From contig JAPLME010000004.1 in assembly GCA_026387175.1 (NCBI GenBank), positions 447-64,446 of the forward strand: a stretch of 64,000 nucleotides of DNA, given 5' to 3'. Below are positions 21,064-29,473 of the stretch, piece by piece. A program made the translations under genes and the position numbers. The number at the start of each line of letters is the position of its first letter. Positions within the stretch are counted from its first letter, which is position 1. A model generated the notes under the pieces. The model had not been told where the DNA came from and did not search any database. It saw only the letters and a list, made by a program, of their open reading frames with translations. The DNA comes from Candidatus Omnitrophota bacterium. GTDB taxonomy: Bacteria; Omnitrophota; Gorgyraeia; 2-01-FULL-45-10.

Positions 21064-22800
21064 ATGAAAACAGCGGACCCGCTTAAAGAAAAACTGATAG
21101 ATATTTTGATAAACGGCAAACTCATAACCCAGGAGCAGCTGGCTACCGCGCTCGATGTGCAGAGGAATATAGGCGGATCTCTCGGGAAGATCCTCGTCTG
21201 GCAGGGTTATGTCTCTCAGAAAGATATCGTGATAGCGATGAGCCAGCAACTAAACATTCCGCCGATAAATCTGTCTAAATATCAGATAGACAAGACGTTG
21301 ATAGATATTATCCCTGAACGGATAGTAAAGCAGTACTTGATAATGCCGATATCCAAGATCGGCAATGTGCTCACCGTCGCTATGGTGGATCCGCTTAATA
21401 TATTTGCCATCGATGACATAAAGACGCTGACCAATTATCGGATCCAGCCGATACTGGCCACTGAGAATGATATAAAAGAGGCTATAGGCACCTACTATAG
21501 CAGCGCGGCCATTGAGGACATCTCTGATATGCTCGATCAGGCTGAGGCCTCGGATGTCTCGGAGGTGGAAAAAGCAGAAGGGGAAGAGGAGATAAATGTA
21601 AGCGAGGTGGCTGAAGAATCGAAGAAGGCGCCGATAGTTAAAATAGTCAATCTGATATTGAATGAAGCGATGAAGAAGCGTTCGAGCGATATCCATATCG
21701 AACCGCGCGAAAAAAACTTGATGGTGCGCTATAGAATTGACGGTAATCTGGAAGATGCTCTTACTCTCCCTAAGAAAAATCAGAATGCGGTCATTGCGAG
21801 ATTAAAGATCATATCCGGCCTGGACATCACCGAGACCAGAATTCCGCAGGACGGGCGGTTTAAAGTAAACTTCGAAGGAAGAGAGATAGATTTCAGAGTG
21901 TCGATCCTGCCGGTGGCGTTTGGCGGCAAGATAGTTTTACGCGCGCTTGACAAGTCGAACCTGAGCATAGGCCTGGATGAACTCGGATTTTTACCGGGCC
22001 CTTTAAGCACTTTTAAGGCCGCTCTCGCGAGGCCTTACGGACTGATCCTTGTGACCGGTCCTACGGGCAGCGGAAAGTCCACGACATTATACTCAATCAT
22101 AAATCAGATTAACACGCCGGACAAGAACATAATTACCCTGGAAGATCCGGTAGAATACGAGGTCGACGGTATTACGCAGATTCAGGCCAGACCCGACATA
22201 GGATTGACCTTCGCCACGGGGCTAAAGTCCGTCTTAAGGCAGAGCCCTGATATTGTGATGGTCGGAGAGATAAGGGATTTTGAGACTGCGGATATTTCCA
22301 TCAAGGCATCGCTGACCGGCCAGCTTATATTAAGTACTCTTCATACCAATGACGCAGCGGGCGCGATAACGAGGCTTATAGACATGGGAGTGGAACCATT
22401 TCTTGTGGCATCCAGTCTCGTCCTCTCTTCGGCGCAAAGGCTCATGAGAAAAATCTGTCCGTTCTGTACGGAGGAGGTAGATATACCGAAAAACATTCTG
22501 GAAAAAGCGGGGATAAGCCTTGATGAGATATCTAAAAAAGGCGTTAAACATTTTCATCAAGGTAAGGGTTGCCAGAGATGCAATAATACCGGATATCACG
22601 GCAGGTTCGGTATCCTTGAGGCGCTTTTGATCGATGATAATGTGCGGGATATGATAATGAAGAAGACCTCGAGCGGCGATATAAAAGATTATGCCATAAA
22701 AGAACAGCATATGCTGACATTGAGAGATAACGCGGTAGAGAATTTTATTAACGGGACCACTGCGCTTGAGGAGGTTTTAAGGGTGACCTCGGAGGACTAG
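21064..22800 (+). CDS. pilB: type IV pilus assembly ATPase PilB (copy 2)
   Basis: SSDIHIEP, RIPQDGR, GPTGSGKSTT, LRQSPD, CPFC...CQRC. Confidence 0.92.
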   Translation: MKTADPLKEKLIDILINGKLITQEQLATALDVQRNIGGSLGKILVWQGYVSQKDIVIAMSQQLNIPPINLSKYQIDKTLIDIIPERIVKQYLIMPISKIGNVLTVAMVDPLNIFAIDDIKTLTNYRIQPILATENDIKEAIGTYYSSAAIEDISDMLDQAEASDVSEVEKAEGEEEINVSEVAEESKKAPIVKIVNLILNEAMKKRSSDIHIEPREKNLMVRYRIDGNLEDALTLPKKNQNAVIARLKIISGLDITETRIPQDGRFKVNFEGREIDFRVSILPVAFGGKIVLRALDKSNLSIGLDELGFLPGPLSTFKAALARPYGLILVTGPTGSGKSTTLYSIINQINTPDKNIITLEDPVEYEVDGITQIQARPDIGLTFATGLKSVLRQSPDIVMVGEIRDFETADISIKASLTGQLILSTLHTNDAAGAITRLIDMGVEPFLVASSLVLSSAQRLMRKICPFCTEEVDIPKNILEKAGISLDEISKKGVKHFHQGKGCQRCNNTGYHGRFGILEALLIDDNVRDMIMKKTSSGDIKDYAIKEQHMLTLRDNAVENFINGTTALEEVLRVTSED

Positions 22801-22823
22801 AGCGAAAGCTTGAAAGGGACGAT

Positions 22824-24041
22824 ATGCCGAATTTTAAATATGTTGCCAAGGACCGCGCCGGCAAGGCTTTGAGCGCAAGTCTGGATGCCAAGGACCGCGC
22901 GGCGGCCGTGGATGTCCTGAGAAAAAAGGATCTCATTATCATATCGGTGATTGAAGAGACGCCGAAAACCGGCATATCGCTTGCCATGTTCGGAGGGGCG
23001 AAGAAGATCAAGCTGGATGATATCGCCATGTTCGCCAGGCAGCTGGCCACGATGGTCGACGCGGGAATTACGCTGGTAGCCGCTCTCGATATACTGGGAG
23101 AACAGATGGACAATAAGGCATTCGGCGCGATAATATTGACCGTTCGTAATGATGTTGAGACGGGTTCGAGCCTTTCGGCGGCGCTGGCCAAACACAAAAA
23201 GGTATTTTCGCCTTTATTCGTTAATATGGTAAGGGCGGGTGAGTCCAGCGGTATGCTTGACGACATACTGGACCGGCTGTCTCAATATCTCGAAAAGACC
23301 AGCAGCCTTCAGAAGAAAGTACAGTCCGCTATGATCTATCCGGCCATTGTAAGCAGTATGGCGATAGGGATAACCCTCATATTACTCTTGAAAGTAGTGC
23401 CGATATTCAAAGATATATTTTCCGGCTTCGGCGCCAAACTTCCTACGCCCACACTCATCCTGATAACTATCAGCAATACCCTGCAAAAATATTTTTTAAT
23501 GGTTGTGTTATGCGTTGCCGGCATGGTTTTTCTGCTGCGCAAATATCTGAACACCGAAAAAGGCAGGGTAAAATTTGACGGATTCGTGCTGAATGTGCCA
23601 ATATTCGGGACCCTTCTCACAAAAGTCGCGATAAGTAAATTTTCCAGGACGCTCTCGACTCTCGTAAAATCAGGGGTTCCGATATTATCCGCGCTGGAGA
23701 TAGTAGGCAAAACAGCCGGCAATAAAGTGGTCGAAAATGCTGTAGATGAAGTGAGGAAGAATGTCAGGGAAGGCGAGGGTATAGCGGCTCCTCTGGCTAA
23801 GTCCAAAATATTTCCGACTATGATGACTAGAATGGTTTCAGTGGGCGAACAATCCGGAGAGCTGGAGAAGATGCTTTCAAAGATAGCCGATTTCTATGAT
23901 GATCAGGTAAGTATAGCCGTAAGCGGGTTAACCAGCATGATAGAGCCGCTTATAATAGCATTCCTGGGCATAGTCATAGGATCCGTTGTTATAGCCATGT
24001 TCCTTCCGATCTTTAAACTTACCACAGTTGTAAGCATGTAA
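22824..24041 (+). CDS. pilC: type IV pilus platform protein PilC (GspF family)
   Basis: FARQLATMVDAG, AGESSG.LD, AMIYP, GEQSGELE.ML, MIEP, AMFLPIF. Confidence 0.95.
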   Translation: MPNFKYVAKDRAGKALSASLDAKDRAAAVDVLRKKDLIIISVIEETPKTGISLAMFGGAKKIKLDDIAMFARQLATMVDAGITLVAALDILGEQMDNKAFGAIILTVRNDVETGSSLSAALAKHKKVFSPLFVNMVRAGESSGMLDDILDRLSQYLEKTSSLQKKVQSAMIYPAIVSSMAIGITLILLLKVVPIFKDIFSGFGAKLPTPTLILITISNTLQKYFLMVVLCVAGMVFLLRKYLNTEKGRVKFDGFVLNVPIFGTLLTKVAISKFSRTLSTLVKSGVPILSALEIVGKTAGNKVVENAVDEVRKNVREGEGIAAPLAKSKIFPTMMTRMVSVGEQSGELEKMLSKIADFYDDQVSIAVSGLTSMIEPLIIAFLGIVIGSVVIAMFLPIFKLTTVVSM

Positions 24042-24106
24042 ATCACCCCAGAAAGCCGCTCTCATTCCTGCGGAGATAGACAGTAAGATTTATTGCTTTC
24101 GCGCTC

Positions 24107-24135
24107 TTGACAACGGGTAATTCATAACGTATACT
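24107..24135 (+). promoter_or_regulatory. sigma70 promoter of the major pilin
   Basis: TTGACA-17 nt-TATACT. Confidence 0.75.
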
Positions 24136-24188
24136 TTTATTGAAGGTCTGGAATATGCCCAATTCTGGGAGAAAGCGGGGTGATTTAT

Positions 24189-24530
24189 ATGATGACAAAG
24201 ATGAACAAGAAAGGCTTTACGCTTGTTGAAATAATGATTGTTGTCGCAATTATAGGTCTATTAGCTGCGATAGCCATTCCAAACTTCATCAAAGCGAGGG
24301 AGACTGCGCAGAGAAACGCGTGTATCGCTAACCTGAAACAGATTCAGGGAGCGGCTCAGGTATGGGCCATAGATACCGGCGCGGCGTCAGACGCTACAGC
24401 TACATCGGCGGCTCTGGTGCCTAATTATCTGAAGGGGTGGCCGAAGTGCGGTACGAATTCTTATGCAGAAACGACCGTGAGCGGCACTCCAACGTGTCCG
24501 ACCACAGGCAGTGTTGGCCACACTATATAG
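24189..24530 (+). CDS. type IV (major) pilin
   Basis: Prepilin site KKG|FTLVEIMIVVAIIGLLAAIAIPNF; has its own promoter and terminator; exact start (24180/24189/24192/24201) uncertain. Confidence 0.92.
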   Translation: MMTKMNKKGFTLVEIMIVVAIIGLLAAIAIPNFIKARETAQRNACIANLKQIQGAAQVWAIDTGAASDATATSAALVPNYLKGWPKCGTNSYAETTVSGTPTCPTTGSVGHTI

Positions 24531-24571
24531 CCGACAGGTTCATAAGTGTTGATTAATGTAAACCTAGGATC

Positions 24572-24608
24572 AGCCCCGCGTCCAAATTAATGGGCGCGGG
24601 GTTTTTCT
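24572..24608 (+). terminator. intrinsic terminator after the pilin
   Basis: AGCCCCGCGTCCA-loop-TGGGCGCGGGGTT followed by TTTCT. Confidence 0.85.
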
Positions 24609-24632
24609 ATACATTTTGTCCATGCCATTATC

Positions 24633-24661
24633 TTGACAACGGTTTTTTTATATGATAATCT
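24633..24661 (+). promoter_or_regulatory. sigma70 promoter for micro-pilin-pilMNOPQ
   Basis: TTGACA-17 nt-TAATCT with extended TG; predicted start site near the ATG at 24669. Confidence 0.55.
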
Positions 24662-24668
24662 GACTATA

Positions 24669-24809
24669 ATGAATCTAAAAAATAACGCTGGTCTGACATT
24701 AGTTGAAAATCTAGTAGCGATACTTTTGGTAAGCACCCTATTGATAGGCATAATGGGTGCTTTTTTTGTTTCAAGTTACGCATCTCCCGCGATAGGCATG
24801 GAGAGGTGA
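24669..24809 (+). CDS. 46-aa prepilin-like micro-protein (not in ORF track)
   Basis: MNLKNNAG|LTLVENLVAILLVSTLLIGIMGAFFVSSYASPAIGMER: G-1, E+5 and hydrophobic helix; its stop overlaps the pilM start. Confidence 0.7.
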   Translation: MNLKNNAGLTLVENLVAILLVSTLLIGIMGAFFVSSYASPAIGMER

Positions 24810-25852
24810 TGGCCGGATTTAACCTGCAATTAAAGCGTCCCGGAAAAATCAGGAGCATCACCGCGCTCGATATCGGCAGCCACTCGATAAAGATGATCGA
24901 GATTTCCGTTGGAGCGGAAAGGCCGTCTCTTGTCTCATTCGGTATAAAAAAGATACAGGGGCTTTCGAGCGGATCGGTAGCGGACGCCGTGAGAACGCTA
25001 TCTGAAGATCTTAAGATAGCGGGGAGAGACCTTAATATATCTCTTGCCGGATCGTCCATAGTGGCCCGTGTCATATCGATGCCGGATATGGGGGATGAGG
25101 ACCTGAAGAACGCCATCAGGTTTGAGACGGAAAAGTTTATCCCGTTCGATATCAATGAATGCACGCTCGATTTTCATATTCAGGGAAAGAGCGCGAGAGA
25201 AAAGAATAATTTAGACATACTTCTGGCGGCCGCCAAAAAAGACTATGTTCTCGCGAAGATAAAGATCGTGGAGGATGCGGGTTTCAGCGTCAATGTGGTC
25301 GATGTGGACAGTTTTGCCCTCACAAACGCGTTTCTTAAGAATTTCACCTCCATAGAGCCGGCTAAAACCATAGCTCTTATCAATGTGGGGGCTGTATATA
25401 CGAATCTTGTAATATTGAGGGGAGGAGTCATATCGTTCGTCAGGGATCTGGCGATAGGCGTGAATGACTTTTGCCAGACGATTTCTAAAAAGTGCGGCGT
25501 CAACCTGGAACTCTCCGACTGGTCTAAAGGCGTTTCGGCCGAGAAATCGGCCGAAGTCGCTCTTTCGGCGAAGTCCGCTCTCGCAGGTCTTGTAGATGAG
25601 ATAAAACTCTCTTTCGGATATCATGAAAACCAGAGCGGCAGAGGCATAGATGAGATACATATATCCGGCGGAGGCGCGGGTTTTATCGGACTGGAAGAGG
25701 CATTTAACGACACTTTCGGGTCCAAGCCGGCGCGGTGGAACCCTTTTCAGTTTCTAAATATAGATCCCTCCATAGTCAACGCTGATGAAATAGCCGGGAC
25801 AAACGGCTCTTTTGCCGTTTGCGCCGGACTTGCGCTGAGAGGAGGCCTATGA
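24806..25852 (+). CDS. pilM: type IV pilus alignment protein PilM
   Basis: ALDIGSHSIK, FE.EK.IPF, VVDVDSFAL, INVGA..T, ISGGGA, GLALR. Confidence 0.92.
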   Translation: MMAGFNLQLKRPGKIRSITALDIGSHSIKMIEISVGAERPSLVSFGIKKIQGLSSGSVADAVRTLSEDLKIAGRDLNISLAGSSIVARVISMPDMGDEDLKNAIRFETEKFIPFDINECTLDFHIQGKSAREKNNLDILLAAAKKDYVLAKIKIVEDAGFSVNVVDVDSFALTNAFLKNFTSIEPAKTIALINVGAVYTNLVILRGGVISFVRDLAIGVNDFCQTISKKCGVNLELSDWSKGVSAEKSAEVALSAKSALAGLVDEIKLSFGYHENQSGRGIDEIHISGGGAGFIGLEEAFNDTFGSKPARWNPFQFLNIDPSIVNADEIAGTNGSFAVCAGLALRGGL

Positions 25853-26472
25853 TAGAGATAAATCTGCTTCCGCAGGAACTCAGGAAGAAACCTCCGATTT
25901 TTTCCGGGCTGGATTTTAAAGGAATCGATATAAAGAGCATCCCGATACTCAAGATAGCCGCCGGCATAGGCGCTGGGCTAGTCCTGATGCAACTGGCGGT
26001 TTTTCTGTTCGGGATAATTTCAAGCATTGAGCTTGCTTCGACTACCAAAAAATACAACGCGATATTGCCGGAAAAGAGAGAGGCGGACATATTGAAGGCG
26101 AAAGTAGCCGATATCAATAAGAGATCCGGCGCTATCGACGAGCTGATGGTGAAGCGGTTTAGCTGGGCCAGGAAGATCAATCTCTTAAGCGATTGCATGA
26201 CCCCCGGGATATGGCTCTCGGAGCTTTACTATGATGAACGTCCGGTTCCAGGCCAGGCCAAGACGGCTATGCCCGGAGCGCTTGTGATGAGCGGATACGC
26301 TTCCGGAGTTGGCGAGCAGGGAGCCGCCCTTATAGGAAAATTTATAAAAAGTCTGCAGGATAATAAAGATTTCTATTCAGATGTCGCCAGCGTGGAACTG
26401 GTCTCCACGAAGAGCGACAAAGTGGACAAGCAGGACGTGATGAGTTTCAGGATAAACTGTTTATTTAAATAG
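25849..26472 (+). CDS. pilN: PilN
   Basis: MIEINLLP motif, one TM, GIWLSEL; SD GGAGG. Confidence 0.88.
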   Translation: MIEINLLPQELRKKPPIFSGLDFKGIDIKSIPILKIAAGIGAGLVLMQLAVFLFGIISSIELASTTKKYNAILPEKREADILKAKVADINKRSGAIDELMVKRFSWARKINLLSDCMTPGIWLSELYYDERPVPGQAKTAMPGALVMSGYASGVGEQGAALIGKFIKSLQDNKDFYSDVASVELVSTKSDKVDKQDVMSFRINCLFK

Positions 26473-26478
26473 GTTAAG

Positions 26479-27078
26479 ATGCGGACGATATTGAACAACA
26501 TAATCGCTATTTTCACGAACCTTAAGAAGAGCCCGAAGCAGATGATAATTGTGATATCCGCGGGCTGCGCCTTTGCGCTCTTATTGTATTTTAATTTTTT
26601 GCTGAAACCTCAGGTTATCAACATATCCGGCATTAGAAGCAATCTCGGTAAAGTCAGCGCGGATCTGAGGGCCGCAAAATCTGATATCGCCAAAATCAAC
26701 AGCATGAGAAGCGCGGTCGAAGCATACAACAAGAAGCTGGACAAATATGAGAAGACGCTTCCCACGGAAGAGGGCATACCTGACCTGTTGGAAAGCCTTT
26801 CCGAGATGGCGAAGAGCTCTAATATGCGCATAGCCGGCATAGTGCCGGTCGATCAACAAAAAGGGGCCGGGTCCGGAAATCGTGTTTACAAAGAGATACC
26901 TATAATGATAACCGCCAAGGCCGGATATCATGGGGTGGGACGGTTTCTTTCCAGCCTGGAGAATTCCGACCGGTTTATGAAGGTGGTCGATATGCAGATA
27001 AAAGCCGATCCGGCTTCGCCGAAGAAGCACGATGTGGAACTGCTGGTGGTTACATATGTTTTGCTGGGGGGCCGATGA
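26479..27078 (+). CDS. pilO: PilO
   Basis: TM plus coiled coil, LP.EE.IPDLL, Y.EIPI, YH..GRFL..LE...R. Confidence 0.9.
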   Translation: MRTILNNIIAIFTNLKKSPKQMIIVISAGCAFALLLYFNFLLKPQVINISGIRSNLGKVSADLRAAKSDIAKINSMRSAVEAYNKKLDKYEKTLPTEEGIPDLLESLSEMAKSSNMRIAGIVPVDQQKGAGSGNRVYKEIPIMITAKAGYHGVGRFLSSLENSDRFMKVVDMQIKADPASPKKHDVELLVVTYVLLGGR

Positions 27079-27464
27079 AATTCCATTTCGGGAAACAGGC
27101 GCACCTTATCTTTTTTTCGCTGGCAGCTATGGTTATTTTTATATTGCCCTGCGCCGGTGACGACTATAAATATGATTCTCACGGTAAGCGCGACCCTTTC
27201 GTGCCCCTGGTGAGCATAGACAGGCCCGCGGTGTCGAGATTAGAGGATGTGACATCGGTCGCGGATGTGAAACTGGAAGGCGTGGCCAGCACCCCTCGGG
27301 GAAAAATAGCCGCGATATTGAACGGTGAGATCGTGAAGGAAGGCGACAAGTTCGGGGATATAGAAATCAAAAAAATCACAAAAAAGACCGTCACGATAAT
27401 AATGGGCGGTAAAAATTATAATATCGATTTAGCCGAAGAGGGGGGAACAAAGAGTGGGTTATAA
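27075..27464 (+). CDS. PilP-like protein
   Basis: YDS.GKRDPF.PL motif, LEGV, AILNG; between pilO and pilQ. Confidence 0.75.
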   Translation: MKFHFGKQAHLIFFSLAAMVIFILPCAGDDYKYDSHGKRDPFVPLVSIDRPAVSRLEDVTSVADVKLEGVASTPRGKIAAILNGEIVKEGDKFGDIEIKKITKKTVTIIMGGKNYNIDLAEEGGTKSGL

Positions 27465-29148
27465 AAGAGCCGCAAGGCTATCAAGAAAGCTCCTGATCAT
27501 GGTATTGGTGATTATATTTATCGCACCGCCTTTAGCTCTTATCCAGGCGTTTGCCGAAGAAGGGAAAGCGGAGACGCTTCCTGAGAAGCCTGCGTCTGCG
27601 GTCAGCGTCCCGGCAGAGAAAGCTCAGGATGTTTCCGCGCAACCTGTTGCTAAATCCGGAGTGGCCCCGGCCCTGCCAGAGCCGCCGGCGCAGGAAGAAG
27701 CTAAGCCTGTGGAGGTCCTTCCGGTCGAGCCCGGCAACGTCACTGTCAATTTTAAGGGCGCTGAGATAAAAACGGTCCTGGCCTATATATCGGAAGTGGC
27801 AGGCGTCGATATAGTGTCGGCTCCCGATGTTAAAGGTATTATAGATCTTAGGCTGACCAATAAGCCATGGAAGGCGGCGCTCGATATCATCGTAAGAAAT
27901 TATGGATTCGCTTACGAGAGGGAAGGTGACATCATAAGGGTCGTGACGCTTGATAAGTTGAAACAGGAAGAGCTTACGACCCAGGCTTTTAGCCTTAACT
28001 ACTCAAAATCGAAGGAAGTCGTCGCGGCGCTAAAGAATATAGTAGGTGAGAGGGGCAATATAGTGTTTGACGATAGGACCAATACTGTTATAGTCACGGA
28101 TATCCCCACTAACATATACAGGATAGGCCAGATAATCGGAAGGCTCGATAAGAGGACGGAGCAGGTTCTTATAGAGGCGAGGATAATAGAGACGGTGCTG
28201 GGTAATGACGAGAAGCTGGGGATAGACTGGACCGCAAAGATGACAGTCAGCGGCGCTAGTCGTCCGACTACAATGCCGTTCAATTTCTTTAATAACGATG
28301 ACTGGAAATTTTTAGATAAAATGATCCCTTGGGACCAGACAAATGCACCAACGGTTATCGCATTACCGGGTACGCAAGGTACACAGACTGTAACGCCTGC
28401 GAATTTCCCTGTATCTAATGCTGGTATCAATGTGAAATCATTTCCTCTTGCGCTCGCTGACAGTTTCAGTTTTGGGACGCTAGATTTCAGCCAGTTTAAA
28501 GCGGTATTGGAGTTATTGAAATCGCGGGCCGACACAGATACCATATCAAATCCGCGCATAGCCACTCTTAATAATAATAAAGCTACTATAAATGTTGGCG
28601 AAATTATCTACATTCCTAAGTTTGAAAGAAACTCCACAACCGGAAAGATGGAGATCACCGGATATGACCAGACAAATTCCGGCATTGTGCTGGATGTCAC
28701 TCCTCATATTAACGATGTCGGCGAGATAGCGCTGGATCTGGTTCCCCAGATAAAAGAATACCTGGGGACTTCGCCCATAGCTCCGGGCAGTGATATATTC
28801 GCGCCATTATTCAGGACCAGAGAAGCAAAGACGCAGGTGATGGTGAAAAACAGCCAGACAATATTTATCGGCGGCCTGATAAGCGAGAAAGAAGTTGATA
28901 AGCGCACTAAGCTGCCGTTCATCGGGGACATGCTTGGCGATGTTCCGTATCTGGGGCTCCTGGTCTCCCATAAAGACATAGTTAAGCAGAGGGTGGAGTT
29001 GATATTTTTCATCACAGTTAATATAATGTCTCCCGGAACTGCGATAGAAGGTGCGCCGTTAGCCAGTAAAGCGTATGTGCCCGTATTTACCGATACCCAG
29101 CGTGGTAACACAGCCGCCGATAAGAAGAGATTGAAAAAAACATATTAA
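27454..29148 (+). CDS. pilQ: secretin PilQ/GspD
   Basis: STN/N domains, DDRTNTVIV, QVLIEARI.E, ISNPRI.TLNN, GI.L.VTPHI, IFIGGLI. Confidence 0.92.
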   Translation: MGYKRAARLSRKLLIMVLVIIFIAPPLALIQAFAEEGKAETLPEKPASAVSVPAEKAQDVSAQPVAKSGVAPALPEPPAQEEAKPVEVLPVEPGNVTVNFKGAEIKTVLAYISEVAGVDIVSAPDVKGIIDLRLTNKPWKAALDIIVRNYGFAYEREGDIIRVVTLDKLKQEELTTQAFSLNYSKSKEVVAALKNIVGERGNIVFDDRTNTVIVTDIPTNIYRIGQIIGRLDKRTEQVLIEARIIETVLGNDEKLGIDWTAKMTVSGASRPTTMPFNFFNNDDWKFLDKMIPWDQTNAPTVIALPGTQGTQTVTPANFPVSNAGINVKSFPLALADSFSFGTLDFSQFKAVLELLKSRADTDTISNPRIATLNNNKATINVGEIIYIPKFERNSTTGKMEITGYDQTNSGIVLDVTPHINDVGEIALDLVPQIKEYLGTSPIAPGSDIFAPLFRTREAKTQVMVKNSQTIFIGGLISEKEVDKRTKLPFIGDMLGDVPYLGLLVSHKDIVKQRVELIFFITVNIMSPGTAIEGAPLASKAYVPVFTDTQRGNTAADKKRLKKTY

Positions 29149-29473
29149 TCCCGAAAACGTAAATTATAAGTTAAGAGCGGTATTTTCCAAGACCGGCGAT
29201 ATGCGTTTCATATCGCACCTGGATCTTATGAGGCTTTTCCATAGGGCATTGCGCAGGGCAGGCCTGCCGGCTGTCATAACCAAAGGATTCAGTCCTCATA
29301 TAAAAATGAGCGTAATGAAGGCTCTGAAGCTGGGCGTGGAGAGCGCCTCCGAAGAGGCCGTATTTTACATGACCGAGAAGCTCCCGCCTCAGAGTTTTGT
29401 GGATGCAATTAACGCTAAATTACCCGACGGAGTAAAAGTAGTGAGCGCTAGAGGAGATGACTTGAATGCATAA
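29144..29473 (+). CDS. TIGR03936/DUF2344 radical-SAM-associated protein (first ATG at 29201; the conserved N-terminus extends upstream)
   Basis: LRAVFSKTGDMRFISHLDLMRLFHRALRRAGLP...KGFSPH.K...AL.LGVES..E, LPDG. Confidence 0.85.
   Translation: MNPENVNYKLRAVFSKTGDMRFISHLDLMRLFHRALRRAGLPAVITKGFSPHIKMSVMKALKLGVESASEEAVFYMTEKLPPQSFVDAINAKLPDGVKVVSARGDDLNA

Noticed and set aside
19329-22800. Tandem pilB copies as a recent duplication or assembly repeat
   Set aside because: The proteins differ throughout and only short nucleotide stretches match, indicating old paralogs
29131-29148. A7 run at the pilQ end as a +1 frameshift fusing the secretin to DUF2344
   Set aside because: Fusing an outer-membrane secretin to a cytoplasmic domain is implausible; a non-canonical start explains the frame more simply
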